A stretch of 23,491 nt of DNA from Paraspadella gotoi. Taxonomy: Eukaryota; Animalia; Chaetognatha. This document shows positions 1 through 11,700 of this stretch, in pieces. The position numbers and the translations under genes were made by a program. Below the pieces are notes generated by a model. It saw nothing but the letters and a program-made list of their open reading frames with translations, was not told the origin of the DNA and ran no database searches. The DNA lies in contig JBJCIZ010000285.1 of the NCBI GenBank assembly GCA_051294375.1, positions 1 to 23,491 of the forward strand, given 5' to 3'. How positions within the stretch are numbered: the first letter of the stretch is position 1; every line of letters begins with the position of its first letter.

Positions 1-69
1 AATTATGCATTAGAGAGAAAACGAAATTTTCTAAATAATTATATAATCTAATAATAATGCAAAAAAATG

Positions 70-259
70 TTCGTCTGTCAGTCCGTATGTCCGTCCATCC
101 GTGCCCCCTTTGCTTTGAACGCCAATTACTCATGAACGCAAGGGGCGATTCACTTGAAATTTTGTATGTGAGGAGAACAGTTTGTGATTGGGCTGGAAAA
201 TAAGTTTCAATGGAATCGTCTAAGAGAAAATAGATTCAAGTGGAAAAAACAAAAAACCA
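70..259 (-). repeat. dispersed repeat with GTCC/GTCT microsatellite, possibly Helitron/Helentron-derived non-autonomous (HINE/DINE-like); inverted homolog of 3968-4265
   Basis: ttgaacgccaattactcatga...ggggcgattcacttgaaatttt...tggaatcgtctaag...tggaaaaaacaaa is the reverse complement of tttgtt...ttcca...cttagacgattcca...aaaatttgaagtcaatcgcccc...tcatgagtaattgacgttcaaa at about 3980-4100. Both copies are next to gtccgtc/gaccga microsatellites. The class assignment is inference. Confidence 0.6.
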
Positions 260-485
260 NNNNNNNNNNNNNNNNNNNNNNNNNNNNNNNNNNNNNNNNN
301 NNNNNNNNNNNNNNNNNNNNNNNNNNNNNNNNNNNNNNNNNNNNNNNNNNNNNNNNNNNNNNNNNNNNNNNNNNNNNNNNNNNNNNNNNNNNNNNNNNNN
401 NNNNNNNNNNNNNNNNNNNNNNNNNNNNNNNNNNNNNNNNNNNNNNNNNNNNNNNNNNNNNNNNNNNNNNNNNNNNNNNNNNNNN
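260..485. other. assembly gap (N run)
   Basis: Run of N; ORFs spanning it are artefacts. Confidence 0.99.
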
Positions 486-1070
486 AACTTATCAATTCAT
501 TAATCAATTAATTGATAACTAATTAATCATTTGTGTTTGAGCTGCCTCGACTTTCTGGCTGACTTTCAAGAAACAACACCACCAGACGACGACGTAAAAG
601 AACAAGTCCTACAAACAACACAGTTTGACGCAACACTCTCGCCAATAAATCACACAATTACTCAAAATCTATCCAATAAATTTTATAATCATCAGAATCA
701 CTGTTATATTGTCGTACGATCAGCATACATCGTCGTCGCTTGCTTTTGTCTTGATGAAAGGCCTAATTTTGCTAAAATACCAGATCTGATCAAATATACT
801 TTATTGATTACTCCGTTTATCTTTTTTTTCTTGATTCAAGTATAAATGCAGCTGAATAATAAAACAACTTAATCAATCAATCATATCATCATTAATAAAT
901 GAATGAATAAATTAATTATCAAAAAGCCAACCTAAACAATACAAATTTACTTAATAATTAATGTATAAGAATAAACTGTTTTAAATAATTACTAATTAAT
1001 TACGTTAATGATCGTTCACAGATCCGGCATTGTTTGCTCATGATTAATTGCTTATTGTTAATAATTTTTA

Positions 1071-2028
1071 NNNNNNNNNNNNNNNNNNNNNNNNNNNNNN
1101 NNNNNNNNNNNNNNNNNNNNNNNNNNNNNNNNNNNNNNNNNNNNNNNNNNNNNNNNNNNNNNNNNNNNNNNNNNNNNNNNNNNNNNNNNNNNNNNNNNNN
1201 NNNNNNNNNNNNNNNNNNNNNNNNNNNNNNNNNNNNNNNNNNNNNNNNNNNNNNNNNNNNNNNNNNNNNNNNNNNNNNNNNNNNNNNNNNNNNNNNNNNN
1301 NNNNNNNNNNNNNNNNNNNNNNNNNNNNNNNNNNNNNNNNNNNNNNNNNNNNNNNNNNNNNNNNNNNNNNNNNNNNNNNNNNNNNNNNNNNNNNNNNNNN
1401 NNNNNNNNNNNNNNNNNNNNNNNNNNNNNNNNNNNNNNNNNNNNNNNNNNNNNNNNNNNNNNNNNNNNNNNNNNNNNNNNNNNNNNNNNNNNNNNNNNNN
1501 NNNNNNNNNNNNNNNNNNNNNNNNNNNNNNNNNNNNNNNNNNNNNNNNNNNNNNNNNNNNNNNNNNNNNNNNNNNNNNNNNNNNNNNNNNNNNNNNNNNN
1601 NNNNNNNNNNNNNNNNNNNNNNNNNNNNNNNNNNNNNNNNNNNNNNNNNNNNNNNNNNNNNNNNNNNNNNNNNNNNNNNNNNNNNNNNNNNNNNNNNNNN
1701 NNNNNNNNNNNNNNNNNNNNNNNNNNNNNNNNNNNNNNNNNNNNNNNNNNNNNNNNNNNNNNNNNNNNNNNNNNNNNNNNNNNNNNNNNNNNNNNNNNNN
1801 NNNNNNNNNNNNNNNNNNNNNNNNNNNNNNNNNNNNNNNNNNNNNNNNNNNNNNNNNNNNNNNNNNNNNNNNNNNNNNNNNNNNNNNNNNNNNNNNNNNN
1901 NNNNNNNNNNNNNNNNNNNNNNNNNNNNNNNNNNNNNNNNNNNNNNNNNNNNNNNNNNNNNNNNNNNNNNNNNNNNNNNNNNNNNNNNNNNNNNNNNNNN
2001 NNNNNNNNNNNNNNNNNNNNNNNNNNNN
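1071..2028. other. assembly gap (N run)
   Basis: Run of N; ORFs spanning it are artefacts. Confidence 0.99.
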
Positions 2029-2309
2029 AAGATGACATCTCTGGCAACTATCCTGATATGAACAACGATGGCGAAGAAGACATCTCCAGCAAGGATGCTG
2101 ACATCATATGAGGCAATGATTTAAAGTAATAATATGGACGTTAACAGCAAAACCGCAAGTCCCACCTACTACCATCCATCCTCAAAAGTATTATCGATAT
2201 AATAACTATTGACCAGAAGCTTTTTTGGGTATCACATTATTGTCTTAGTATAGTTTATAGTTTTAATATTTTGAATTAAATGTTTTTACATGACCTTTTT
2301 TTAAAGATT

Positions 2310-2563
2310 TGTAGTCGGGCATTGCCTAGGTTCACCCCGCCTATAAGAATGACTGTTTCAGTTGTGACCCGGTGGCTCATTGAGTAAAAACCACTAGGTA
2401 CCGGGTTCAATCCCAACCCGGTACCTACCCTGCGGGAAGAGTGAGAACGGCCGTAAGCCGCCTTGTGGGCGTGGCAAACCCTCAAGCCTGGTTCCATGTC
2501 TGCTAGAGGGGTTTATAAAAGTTACGGATAGTCATCTTCTGCCCACTAAGCGCCTTATCCACA
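2310..2563 (+). mobile_element. solo LTR (254 bp) of a tRNA-module-containing TRIM-like element, 4-bp TSD GATT
   Basis: Starts TGTAG (2310) and ends CCACA (2563); GATT lies on both flanks (2306-2309, 2564-2567). Contains A-box-like TGGCTCATTGAG (2373-2384), B-box GTTCAATCC (2405-2413) and a perfect 13-bp hairpin (2395-2427). Homologs at 12144-12701 and 14956-15435. Confidence 0.8.
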
Positions 2564-3292
2564 GATTAAAGAGCAGTAAGAAAGTGTTTATAAAATGGAA
2601 ATTCATCGTCTGGCTTGAGTCAACCGCTGAAGCCCCTAACACCTATAATTTACTTTTCTCAAAGGATAACGGTTTTTAAAGATATTAATAATAATAAAAA
2701 AATTATGTTTATGAAGTATGATATTGTAGAATTTATAATAAGATTTATAAAACTATTCATTCAACATAGTTTTTTATCAACGGGTTCTCTGGAGTCTGGA
2801 GGCCCGGCTGCAATGTTCCGTGACAGGTAACTTTCAAAATGCCATAGTGATAAATTAATACAGTATAATAAACACTACATCAGCAAGATTTGATCATTGA
2901 TCGGCTGCAAATATTTGAAATTTACTGATTTATTGATGCAGTTTACAACAGGTTATCAAGAAGTCTTTCAGATTAGTTTATTGGTTTTATCATACCAAAA
3001 AATGACAATTTTTTTCTACTAGGTAACTGAACTCGGTGTACAAAATTGTAGTTGAATGTGACGTCCAAAGCATAACTCAGACCGAAGCCTCAAAAGAAGA
3101 ATCACGTTTTTAAAAAAATGAATAAAAGTGGGTAGGAATCCAAGAGAAGATATGAAATGAACCAAAATTATTTTACTAAATACAAACGTTTTTTATCCTG
3201 CTGGCACTGTACTTTTAGTAGTAGAACAATTTAATAAAAACTAGAAAATTGAAATGTTCTTGTGAAAGTACTGATTGACCGAGTTTGATTGT

Positions 3293-3535
3293 CTTGACCT
3301 AGATTTCACCAACATCACAAGGCGACGAGTAAATGAGATCCGGCTCTGCAGCGTCTGTCCAGCTTCTTTCTCTCTCTCTCTCTCTCTCTCTCTCCCTCTC
3401 TCTCTCTCACTGTGTGTCTGTCTCCGTACGATCTCTTGCGTGATCGTTCGTTTTTTGAAAAATTCTGTTTATATTTTTTATTATCGCCCTTTGTTCCGCG
3501 CTTTCTTCTCAATACAAAATTTCAAAATAAAATAA
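3293..3535 (+). repeat. dispersed repeat family with internal (CT)n; partial copies at 4304-4420, 5428-5450 and 5786-5940
   Basis: cttgacc..gatttcaccaac.tcac.agg.gac.agtaaa...gctctgca.cgtctgtccagcttctttctctc is shared with 4304-4400. gtacgatctcttgcgtgatcgt.cgttttt...ttccgcgcttt.ttctcaatacaaaat is shared with 5830-5940. Confidence 0.8.
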
Positions 3536-3967
3536 CTTACTTGACCGAGATTTCGTGGCCGTTGCAGGGCAATGAGTAAACAATGTTAAGGAACATGATC
3601 GATCGCAACGGAAACGTTACGTGTATAAAAAAATCAACATGACCCAATTTCACACGGCGGAAACGTTACGTGTATAAAAACAAGTTTGACCAAACAATAC
3701 CGGATCTGCCAGCGCTCATTATCATTTATCATTATCATAAATTAATTAATCATTTAATTAATTAATATTAACTTTCTTTATTCGTGTCAAAATCGTTTTG
3801 CACTTTGTCTCGCCTCTCAATCACAAAACAATCTCGATCACAAAATTAACTAATTAATTAATTAATTAATTACAAATGATTAATAATTAATTAATTACTT
3901 ATTTATTAATAATCAATTAATGCAGCTTGAATTTACATTTAATATAAAAATAAAAGCATAATCAAAG

Positions 3968-4265
3968 AGTGAAATAGTTTGTTTGTTTTTCCATTTTAAC
4001 TCATTTCCACTTAGACGATTCCATCAAAACTTTATTTTCCCACATCCAAAATTTGAAGTCAATCGCCCCATTCACTCATGAGTAATTGACGTTCAAATAG
4101 TGAAATAGATTGTTTTGTTTTTTCCATTTTAACTCATTTCCACTCGGACGATTCCACCGAAACTTGATTTCCAGCTCAATCACTCACTTTCCTAGCCTTT
4201 TCTGGCATGATATAAGTGAATGCCCGACAAGATTGGGGGGGCGGACCGATGGACCGACCGACCAG
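3968..4265 (+). repeat. dispersed repeat with about 131-bp tandem subunit and GACC microsatellite (homolog of 70-259)
   Basis: agtgaaatag.ttgtt...ttccattttaactcatttccact..gacgattcca occurs at about 3968 and about 4099, followed by cggaccgatggaccgaccgacc. Confidence 0.7.
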
Positions 4266-4559
4266 CAGATTCCGGCTAAAAATAAAATAAAAAGTTTGAT
4301 CGTCTTGACCATGATTTCACCAACGTCACTAGGTGACAAGTAAACGAGTTCTTGCTCTGCAACGTCTGTCCAGCTTCTTTCTCTCTCTCTCTCTCTCTCT
4401 CTCTCCCTATCTCTCTTTCTTTTTTTTCTTTTTTTAAATTGTTTATTCACTTTTTTTTTCGCTTTTCTTGTGTGAATCAGTGAATCAGTTTAAAAGTGTT
4501 CCTCACTGTAAATCTGCAAATGGCTTCTACGTAAGTTTCTGATTGATTGATTGGTAGAA

Positions 4560-5260
4560 GAAAACTGACGACAACAACAAGGAAGAAAACGATTAAAACG
4601 ACGGCATAGATGACGACGAAGACGACGAAAATGACGACGATGACAAAAACGACGTCGTAGACGTCGACGAAAATGACGACGAAGACGACGACGAAAATGA
4701 CGACGAAAACGACGAAGAGGACGACGAAGAAGACGACAAAGAAGGCGACGACGAAGACCATGTAAAAAATGATGGCAAAGTCAAAGACAAAACCGACGAC
4801 GAAGGAGACAAATAAAATGATGAAAACGACGAAGACGACGACCAAAACGACGTCGAAGACAATGACGAAAAACAACGATAAAGAGGACAAAGAAGACGAC
4901 AACGACAACGACCGAAAATGACGGTAAAGACAAAGACAAAACCGACGATGAAGAAGACGACAAAGAGACAACGAAGGACATCGACGAAAATGATGACAAA
5001 AATGATGACGAAGACGATGAAAATGTCGAAGACGACGACGAAAACGATGAAAATGATGAAAAAAATTATGACAACGACAACAACGAAAATGACGAAGAGA
5101 AAGACAAAACTGACGACGAAGAAGACGACGAAAACGACGACGAAAATGATGAAGAAAAAAGACGATAACGATGTCGAAGACGATGACGAAAATGAAGACG
5201 AAGATGAAAATAAAATGATGAAAGAAGACGAAGAAGACGACAGAGAAGGCGACGAAAATG
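4560..5260 (+). repeat. degenerate (GAC/GAA/GAT)n low-complexity trinucleotide tract
   Basis: Continuous gacgacgaa/gatgacaaa repeats; produces spurious poly-V/S/T/D ORFs. Confidence 0.9.
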
Positions 5261-6042
5261 GGTGCTGTTACAGATTATAATTTTTTGGATTGGGAGGAAC
5301 TCGCGCTTCCTCCGGCGCTACCGGACGAGTAAAGGGGCTGTTCAGCTTCTCTCTCTCTCTTTTAGTTATATGTTGTGCTCTCTCTCTCTTTTTCTCCGTC
5401 GCTGCTGCTTCTGATTCGTGTAAAAACCTCTGCAGCGGCTGTCCAGCAGCTGTCAAGTTTCTCCTTCTCACTTTTAATTATATGTCGCTTCTCTCTCTTT
5501 TTTTCTTCTGAATAGGGGGAGCCCCTCTCAATGGGTGAGTCAAAAATTTAGAATGAGAACCTGCTCAAACGAAAATTTATACATTTTTAAGTATACTTTC
5601 AATCAATGTACAATAGAAAAGGTAAGGTTGATTTAAGGTCAGGAATCTTACCTTGTTAAATGTCAGTTTCCTTTCGCGGTTGTTGTCGTTGTTGTTGTCC
5701 AACACTATACCAAATATTTATTTTTTTAATATTTATTTATAGTAGAAGATTCGACCCTATTCAGATTCGTCTAAAAACGTGTTCAGCTCTGAAGCGGCTG
5801 TCCAGCGGTTGTCCAGCCTCTCTCTCTCTCTGTACGATCTCTTGCGTGATCGTGCGTTTTTCTAAAAATCTGATTATTTTCTTCCTTCTAAAAACTTTTA
5901 TTATTGCCATTTATTCCGCGCTTTTTCTCAATACAAAATCCCAAATTTACATCTGAGATTTTCGTGGATTTACTCTCTTTCTTTTCTCTCTCTCTTTCTT
6001 CTCTCTCTTTCACTCATACACGCATTCTGTTTTTTATTTACG

Positions 6043-6301
6043 ATGAATGATCGCGTCAATGAATGACTATCATCGCATCAATGAATGACTATCATCGCAA
6101 TCAATGAATGACTATCATCATATCAATGAATGACTATCATCGTAACAATGAATGACTATCATCGATCAATGAATGACTATCATATATCAATGAATGATTA
6201 TTATCGTATCAATGAGTGACTATCATCGCATCAATCATTTGGTTATCATCACATCGATCATTTGGTTATCATCGCATCAATAATTGGTTATCATTGCATC
6301 A
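6043..6301 (+). repeat. tandem minisatellite, about 22-bp unit ATCAATGAATGACTATCATCGC, about 12 copies
   Basis: Head-to-tail units without spacers; the last about 3 units drift to ATCAATCATTTGGTTATCATCGC. Confidence 0.9.
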
Positions 6302-7439
6302 TTAATCAATTCCTGGCAGGCTTGATCCTTATGCTTAAGATTTTTTACAATTCATTTTCTGTTAAAAACCTAAAATTACGGTAAGAACAAAATCTAAACT
6401 TAAAAAAAAAAATTTCAGGAAAATCTAAAAATACGGTAAGCCCAAAAATTAAAAAATAAATCGAAAATTCGAAAATCTCCAGAAATTTAATTTTTTATAA
6501 AAATCTTTGTTTATTTTGACTTTTTTTATTTTCTGCTTGAGGAAAGAGTTTGTGAGGGTATTTCAGAGATAGTGGCAACTACTTTTCAAATTTAAAAAAA
6601 AAATAATTTTTTTTCAAAAAACCCTCTCCTTAGAGACAAAAAAAAGGCAAACAAAAATTAATACATTCAATCGTCAATTCAGACCCTTGGCTACATCTCC
6701 GGGTATCGATTTGGCGATCAATGACTGCTTTCTATGCTAAAATGCCTGCGCAAGCTTAAAGGTTTTTTTTCATTTTTTTGATTGGACTTTACAAACAAAG
6801 TTGTGATAATAGAAAAAACGCATACTGCCAATTGTAGGTCCTTATTTGAAGTATCAACCAGCATAGTCTCATTATGCTAACTTAAATATTTTTAAAGAGA
6901 GACCTTTATTAGATTTCCAACTTCTGTCCCTCATATCTCAAAAAGTTGACCCCTAGAAAAAAATTTTGGATTGCTGTGCATATTGATAGTCCAGGAAAAG
7001 GCGAAGTAAATGACCATCGAGACGAATGTTTTATTATCGAGTATAATTTTTGTCTTTTAATAATTTTTTATTTCGATCACATCGGATAACTCCCCTTAAA
7101 ATGGAAAAAAACAAAAACCTGTTTCACTATTTGATTATGCTTTTATGCTTAAATGTCAGCAATATTAATTATTCCTTTTACAATTAATTAATCAATTAAC
7201 CAATCAATTAATCAATTTATCAATCAATCATTAAATAATATTATAATTAAATGAATTTAATTCAATTAATCATCGTCGATGTTATCGTCGTCGTTATCGT
7301 CGTCGTCGTTGCTTTTGTCGTGCTCAATGACCTGACGAACAGATTAAAAACAATTAATTAAATAAATCTTTTAACTAATTAATTAATTTACAGCTAATAA
7401 TCGTGAGCAGATCCGGCATTTTTGCTCCCAACTTGTTTC

Positions 7440-8060
7440 TTTTTTTTGCTTTTATTCTTCATATCTTATTTTTGTTGTTTTTCTTCTTTTGTTTCTTTTT
7501 TTTCTTTTTTCTTTCTTTCTTTTCTTTCTTTTTTTCTTTCTTTCTTTCTTTTCTTTTTTTTTTATCTTTTCTTCTTTTTTCTTGGATTGGCTGAAACAGT
7601 TCGTTTCAGTCATAAAAAGGTTCCAGAAGAAATTTCGTTCGATTTTTGTCATGGTCTTCGCCTTCCGTTTTTCGTCTTTGTTTCGCCTCGCTTTGTCGTC
7701 TTCTTCGTCGTTGTCGTCGTCTTTGTTGTCGTTTTTGTCATCGCGTCTTTGTTGTTTTTTTGTTGTCGTCTTCGTCGTCGTCGTTGTTGTCGTCGTTTGT
7801 TATTGCTTTCATCATCGTTTTTGTTGTTGTTATTGTCTTTATCATTTTCGTCCGACGTCTTTGTCGTTGTTGTCGTTTGATTGTCAATTTTTTGTCTTCG
7901 CCGTTGTTTTCGTCATTCTCTATTCTATTGCTTTTTGTCTTTTTCGTCCTCTTCTACAGAATTTTTTCGTTATAGTTCGTTGTCGTCATTGTCGCCGGGA
8001 GTTAGTCTTTGTCGACGACTTTTTCATCTTGGTCTTTGTCCTCGTTTTGTTCTAAGTCAA
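7440..8060 (+). repeat. polypyrimidine (TTTC)n tract followed by degenerate (GTC/GTT)n tract
   Basis: Composition is the reverse-complement type of 4560-5260. Confidence 0.85.
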
Positions 8061-8564
8061 TTTGTACTATCGATTGTCGACTTTCAAGAATTAATCTTTA
8101 GTGTAAAGTTGGAAACAAAAAAGAAATTCTATACCATCTTTACGTGAAAAAAAAATCTAAACTTGGACAAAGATTGCCCCTTACCGGAATTTTAAACAAA
8201 AATCGGGGGAGCTAAACAACATCGAATTTTTTGAGCCACTTTCCCATTGAACTAGAGAAAAAGAATTACATTTTTGTGAATCGGGGGAGTTTTGAAGGAC
8301 TAAACGTTATGATATCAGCCTTTTACACCCCTCGATCACTGGGTTCCCTTAAAAAGACTGCAGGTTTTTCTTATCTATGATTTTTTTCTTGATGTAACCT
8401 ATATTTCACAATAAAATGTTCTATACTTCTATATGCAAATAAGATTTAAGTTTTTATCCTGAAAGATGAGAGAGAGAAGTGAAAAGAGAAATAATGGAGA
8501 GAAACAAAGTAAGGCAAATAGACTGACGGATGGACATACATACAAAAAGATATATCTTTTTCAC

Positions 8565-8735
8565 CTTAAAGGAGCATTTGAGCTTCTTCTTTTCTTCCTC
8601 CATGTGCTCCAGCAACTTTTTGATGTGGTGGTTCTCTCGCGGATAGACTCGCTCGAGCACAGCCTCCTCCTCCGCTGATCCCTCTGGGTGTTTGTAGAGG
8701 TGGGTCAGGTCCAGGCGGTCGTCGCTGCCGACTGC
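8565..8735 (-). CDS. transglutaminase exon (intact, 57 codons)
   Basis: cag|[57 protein letters not shown]|gt; phase 0/0. Confidence 0.92.
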
Positions 8736-11700
8736 CTGATGGAGTAAGGAAGGTGGGTAAGTTAGATGTAAAGGGAGGATTTATCGTTTAAGGGAAACAT
8801 GAAAAAAGGGTAAAACTTAAGGAGAGTAAAATATTAAAACTTAGAAGATTAAAAAATAAATTTATTAAATTATAAAAATCAGAAACACCATACAAAAAAA
8901 TAAAGAATGAAAACAATGACAAATCAGAAAAGTAAATATTTACTTAAAATCAATTCGACCAAATTTTGGCTTTTAAGATATTCTTTTATTGTTATCATTT
9001 TCCAATAGTATTTAACGAATTGCGTTTCTACCTTGGTGCTGATTTTTTTCCCAATGGATTTGGAGTCGACCTTGATGACCTTGTGGGGTCCATTGTGGCG
9101 GAACCTGTGGAATTTTGGATTCAAGAATTTCATTTTAAATAATATTTGTTTTATTTAATTCATTTACTTTTTGCATTATTTTATTTTATCTACATAATAT
9201 AAGCTATTATAACGCATTGATGTAAAACTTGATTACAACAAACGTATCTAGATACTCTTAATCTCCAAGTTACAACCGAATCTAAAACTACTTTATCTGA
9301 GACGAGTGTACTAGGTATTTAACCATAAATTAGATAGAGACAACGACCAATCAACCTATAAATCAGTGTTGTCTGACAGCAATAGCAGGAACCACAGCAT
9401 AAAATCAACCTCATCATCCCTCACCATCTCCAGCCTCAACATCATGGAACTAACCACTTGTACTCGCAAGTGCACGTGTAGTAAATCCTGGTTCCATTGA
9501 CTTCAGCGAAAATGAATTTTGCGTCATGAGGGAATTTGACTTTTCCTTCTTTGATTGCAGCGACTGAAGCCGGACCGCATCGCATAAGGCCGTCAGAGTA
9601 TTCTTGCGGGGTTGCGTCGAAGGCCTGTTGAGTTTGGGAGAGTTGGATGAAAAGATGTTAAAAAGTGGGGCCGGGGAGACGGATCTCAAACTCGCTCTCT
9701 CTCACCTGCCAGCCATCCAACCCGCCTGGTAGATCCCCTCTTTTACACCAGGCCTCGTTCCAAACGTGAAAGTTCCATGCGGAGTCATCATTGCGATCAG
9801 AACCATCTGGGGTGACGTAGAACTCCAGCACGAGATTCTCGTTGGTGTCGTGACCAGAGCTGGAGTTGAAGGGATAAAGATTAAAGTTATGTAATTAAAT
9901 TTAAAAAAAGGGAAAATTATAGATGATGATGATGAATTAAAAAAATGGATGGGGTTTAAAGTACTTGTAGTGATTTTAAATAGGGATAAATTTTCCAAAA
10001 CATTTTTAATTTTGGAATTAAAAAAAATTTAGGGTTAGGGAGTAGCTTAAAGATCAGGCGGTAGGGATTAGTTTAGTGATTAGTGTTTGGGATTAGGGTT
10101 AGGGACCAGGGTTTTGATTGAGGGGGCTTGGGTTAGATATAAGAAGAATTATTGGTTAGTAAAACTATGGATGTAAGGCACTTGGGTAATAGATTAAGGT
10201 TAGAAATTATGTTAAAAGTCGAGTACGTGTATAAAAGGTGTCGATGGTTAAATTTTTGAATATGAGAGATCAGCGTTGAATTAGTGATTGTATTAGTAAA
10301 TAAAGTGAAGGGTTGCAATAGGTTTGTGAGGAAAGTTGTAGATGGATTTAAGGAGTTTACCAATACCATATAAGAGTTATTAAACTATTGCTTTTCTGCG
10401 TACTCCATATTAACTCTAATTTACATCCCACCAATTATTGCCTCACATTAATGGCCTCTACGATTAGCTGTAGCCATACGAAATCCTTTTTCCCTCACTG
10501 TCACCATGCAAATTCGTTACGAAGTCATCCATGGCAAGAGAAGAGCCCGCGCAAGCTCTGGCAGACGGTTGTGACCACGACGAGGCTGAGAAGGAGCCCA
10601 ACATATGGGGGGGCCTTACCCGACTTGAGCGGTGATGCCCCTCCATGAGGAACCAAAGTTCGAGAGGATACCTGCCAGAATTCCACGACGCGACAAACTC
10701 CAAGGGCGAGGGTTGGTTGCCATATGTTCTAGGTGCCGCCCCGGGTTATGCTTTCACGGCCAAAACGCCTTTATTTAAATTTATATAAAATTTTTATATA
10801 TAAAAGGGGGGGGGAAAAGTGAAAATTTATATTTCTAATAACTGAAAAATAAGTATAGTATTCAATAATCAATTATTGGGGAGAATAACTTTAAAAATTA
10901 ATTACATTAAAAATAATTTGTAAAAACTTAAATTTAAATTAGGTTTATGAATAATCTAAAAATGGAATTCTGATTTCGTGAACGATTTTTCTCAAACCCT
11001 TATTTTCCCTCAATGGATTTACCGTCTCTCGCCCTACCGTTTCCTCACCAGACTATCTTCTCCCTCCCATTTCGCCTGTCAACGCCACTGCCATGCCCTG
11101 CTCACCATTCATCCGCGATCCATCTCCGTTGACCATCTGACTTGACAAATCTCAAAACCTCCACCACGTCGGCATCTCGTGTCGAAGACATGCGAGACGG
11201 CCGATGATCTGTAAAAGGCGGCTTCGTAAGCAGGACCTCTCGAACTGTTTGGCGAAGTTCCAAAGGACGTGCCCAGGGTTTCCACCTTGTTGGGAAAGAA
11301 TAGAGGCGGTAGAAGAGACGATTAGAGAAGGAATAAAGAAGGAATAGACAAGGAATAGAGAACGGAATAGAGACGCTGACACGGTATATGAGAAGAGATA
11401 AGAGAAAGGCATCGAGAAAAAAATGGAGACCGAATAGAGACGGGATCAAAACTTGGTCGTCAATCCAATCATTTACGAGCCAATCACTACACCGAGATTT
11501 GCCCTTTCTTGCAATTTCATGGCATATCCCATTGCCGCCCTTTTGGATTTCTCAGCCAGCAGTGCCGCAATATTGACATTTTTTCCCGAGGCGTATGAGG
11601 ACGAATTCAGTTTCGTTCTTCTTCGATTGTGCCAGATGACGTCGTCATCCGATGGGACAACCAAGGGTTTGAAGAAGAGGAGACCACTTGGTTGGAGTAG

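Noticed and set aside
184-2061. Long ORFs with X runs
   Set aside because: They span N gaps.
2310-2563. Telomerase RNA, RNase P/MRP or SRP RNA
   Set aside because: Only short isolated motif matches (TAACCC-like, GGGGTGAACC, GACTAC); no conserved template, P4 helix or helix 8; multi-copy with TSD.
6043-6301. CRISPR-like array
   Set aside because: Units are contiguous with no unique spacers, no cas genes, and the context is eukaryotic.
4477-8147. Hydrophobic or Ser/Thr/Lys-rich ORFs in the track
   Set aside because: Translations of trinucleotide and pyrimidine low-complexity tracts, open in several frames on both strands.
10029-10136. Interstitial telomere-like TTAGGG repeats (similar CCTAA-like tract at about 21800-21910)
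   Set aside because: Only 2-unit runs in a degenerate, error-rich intron; insufficient support.
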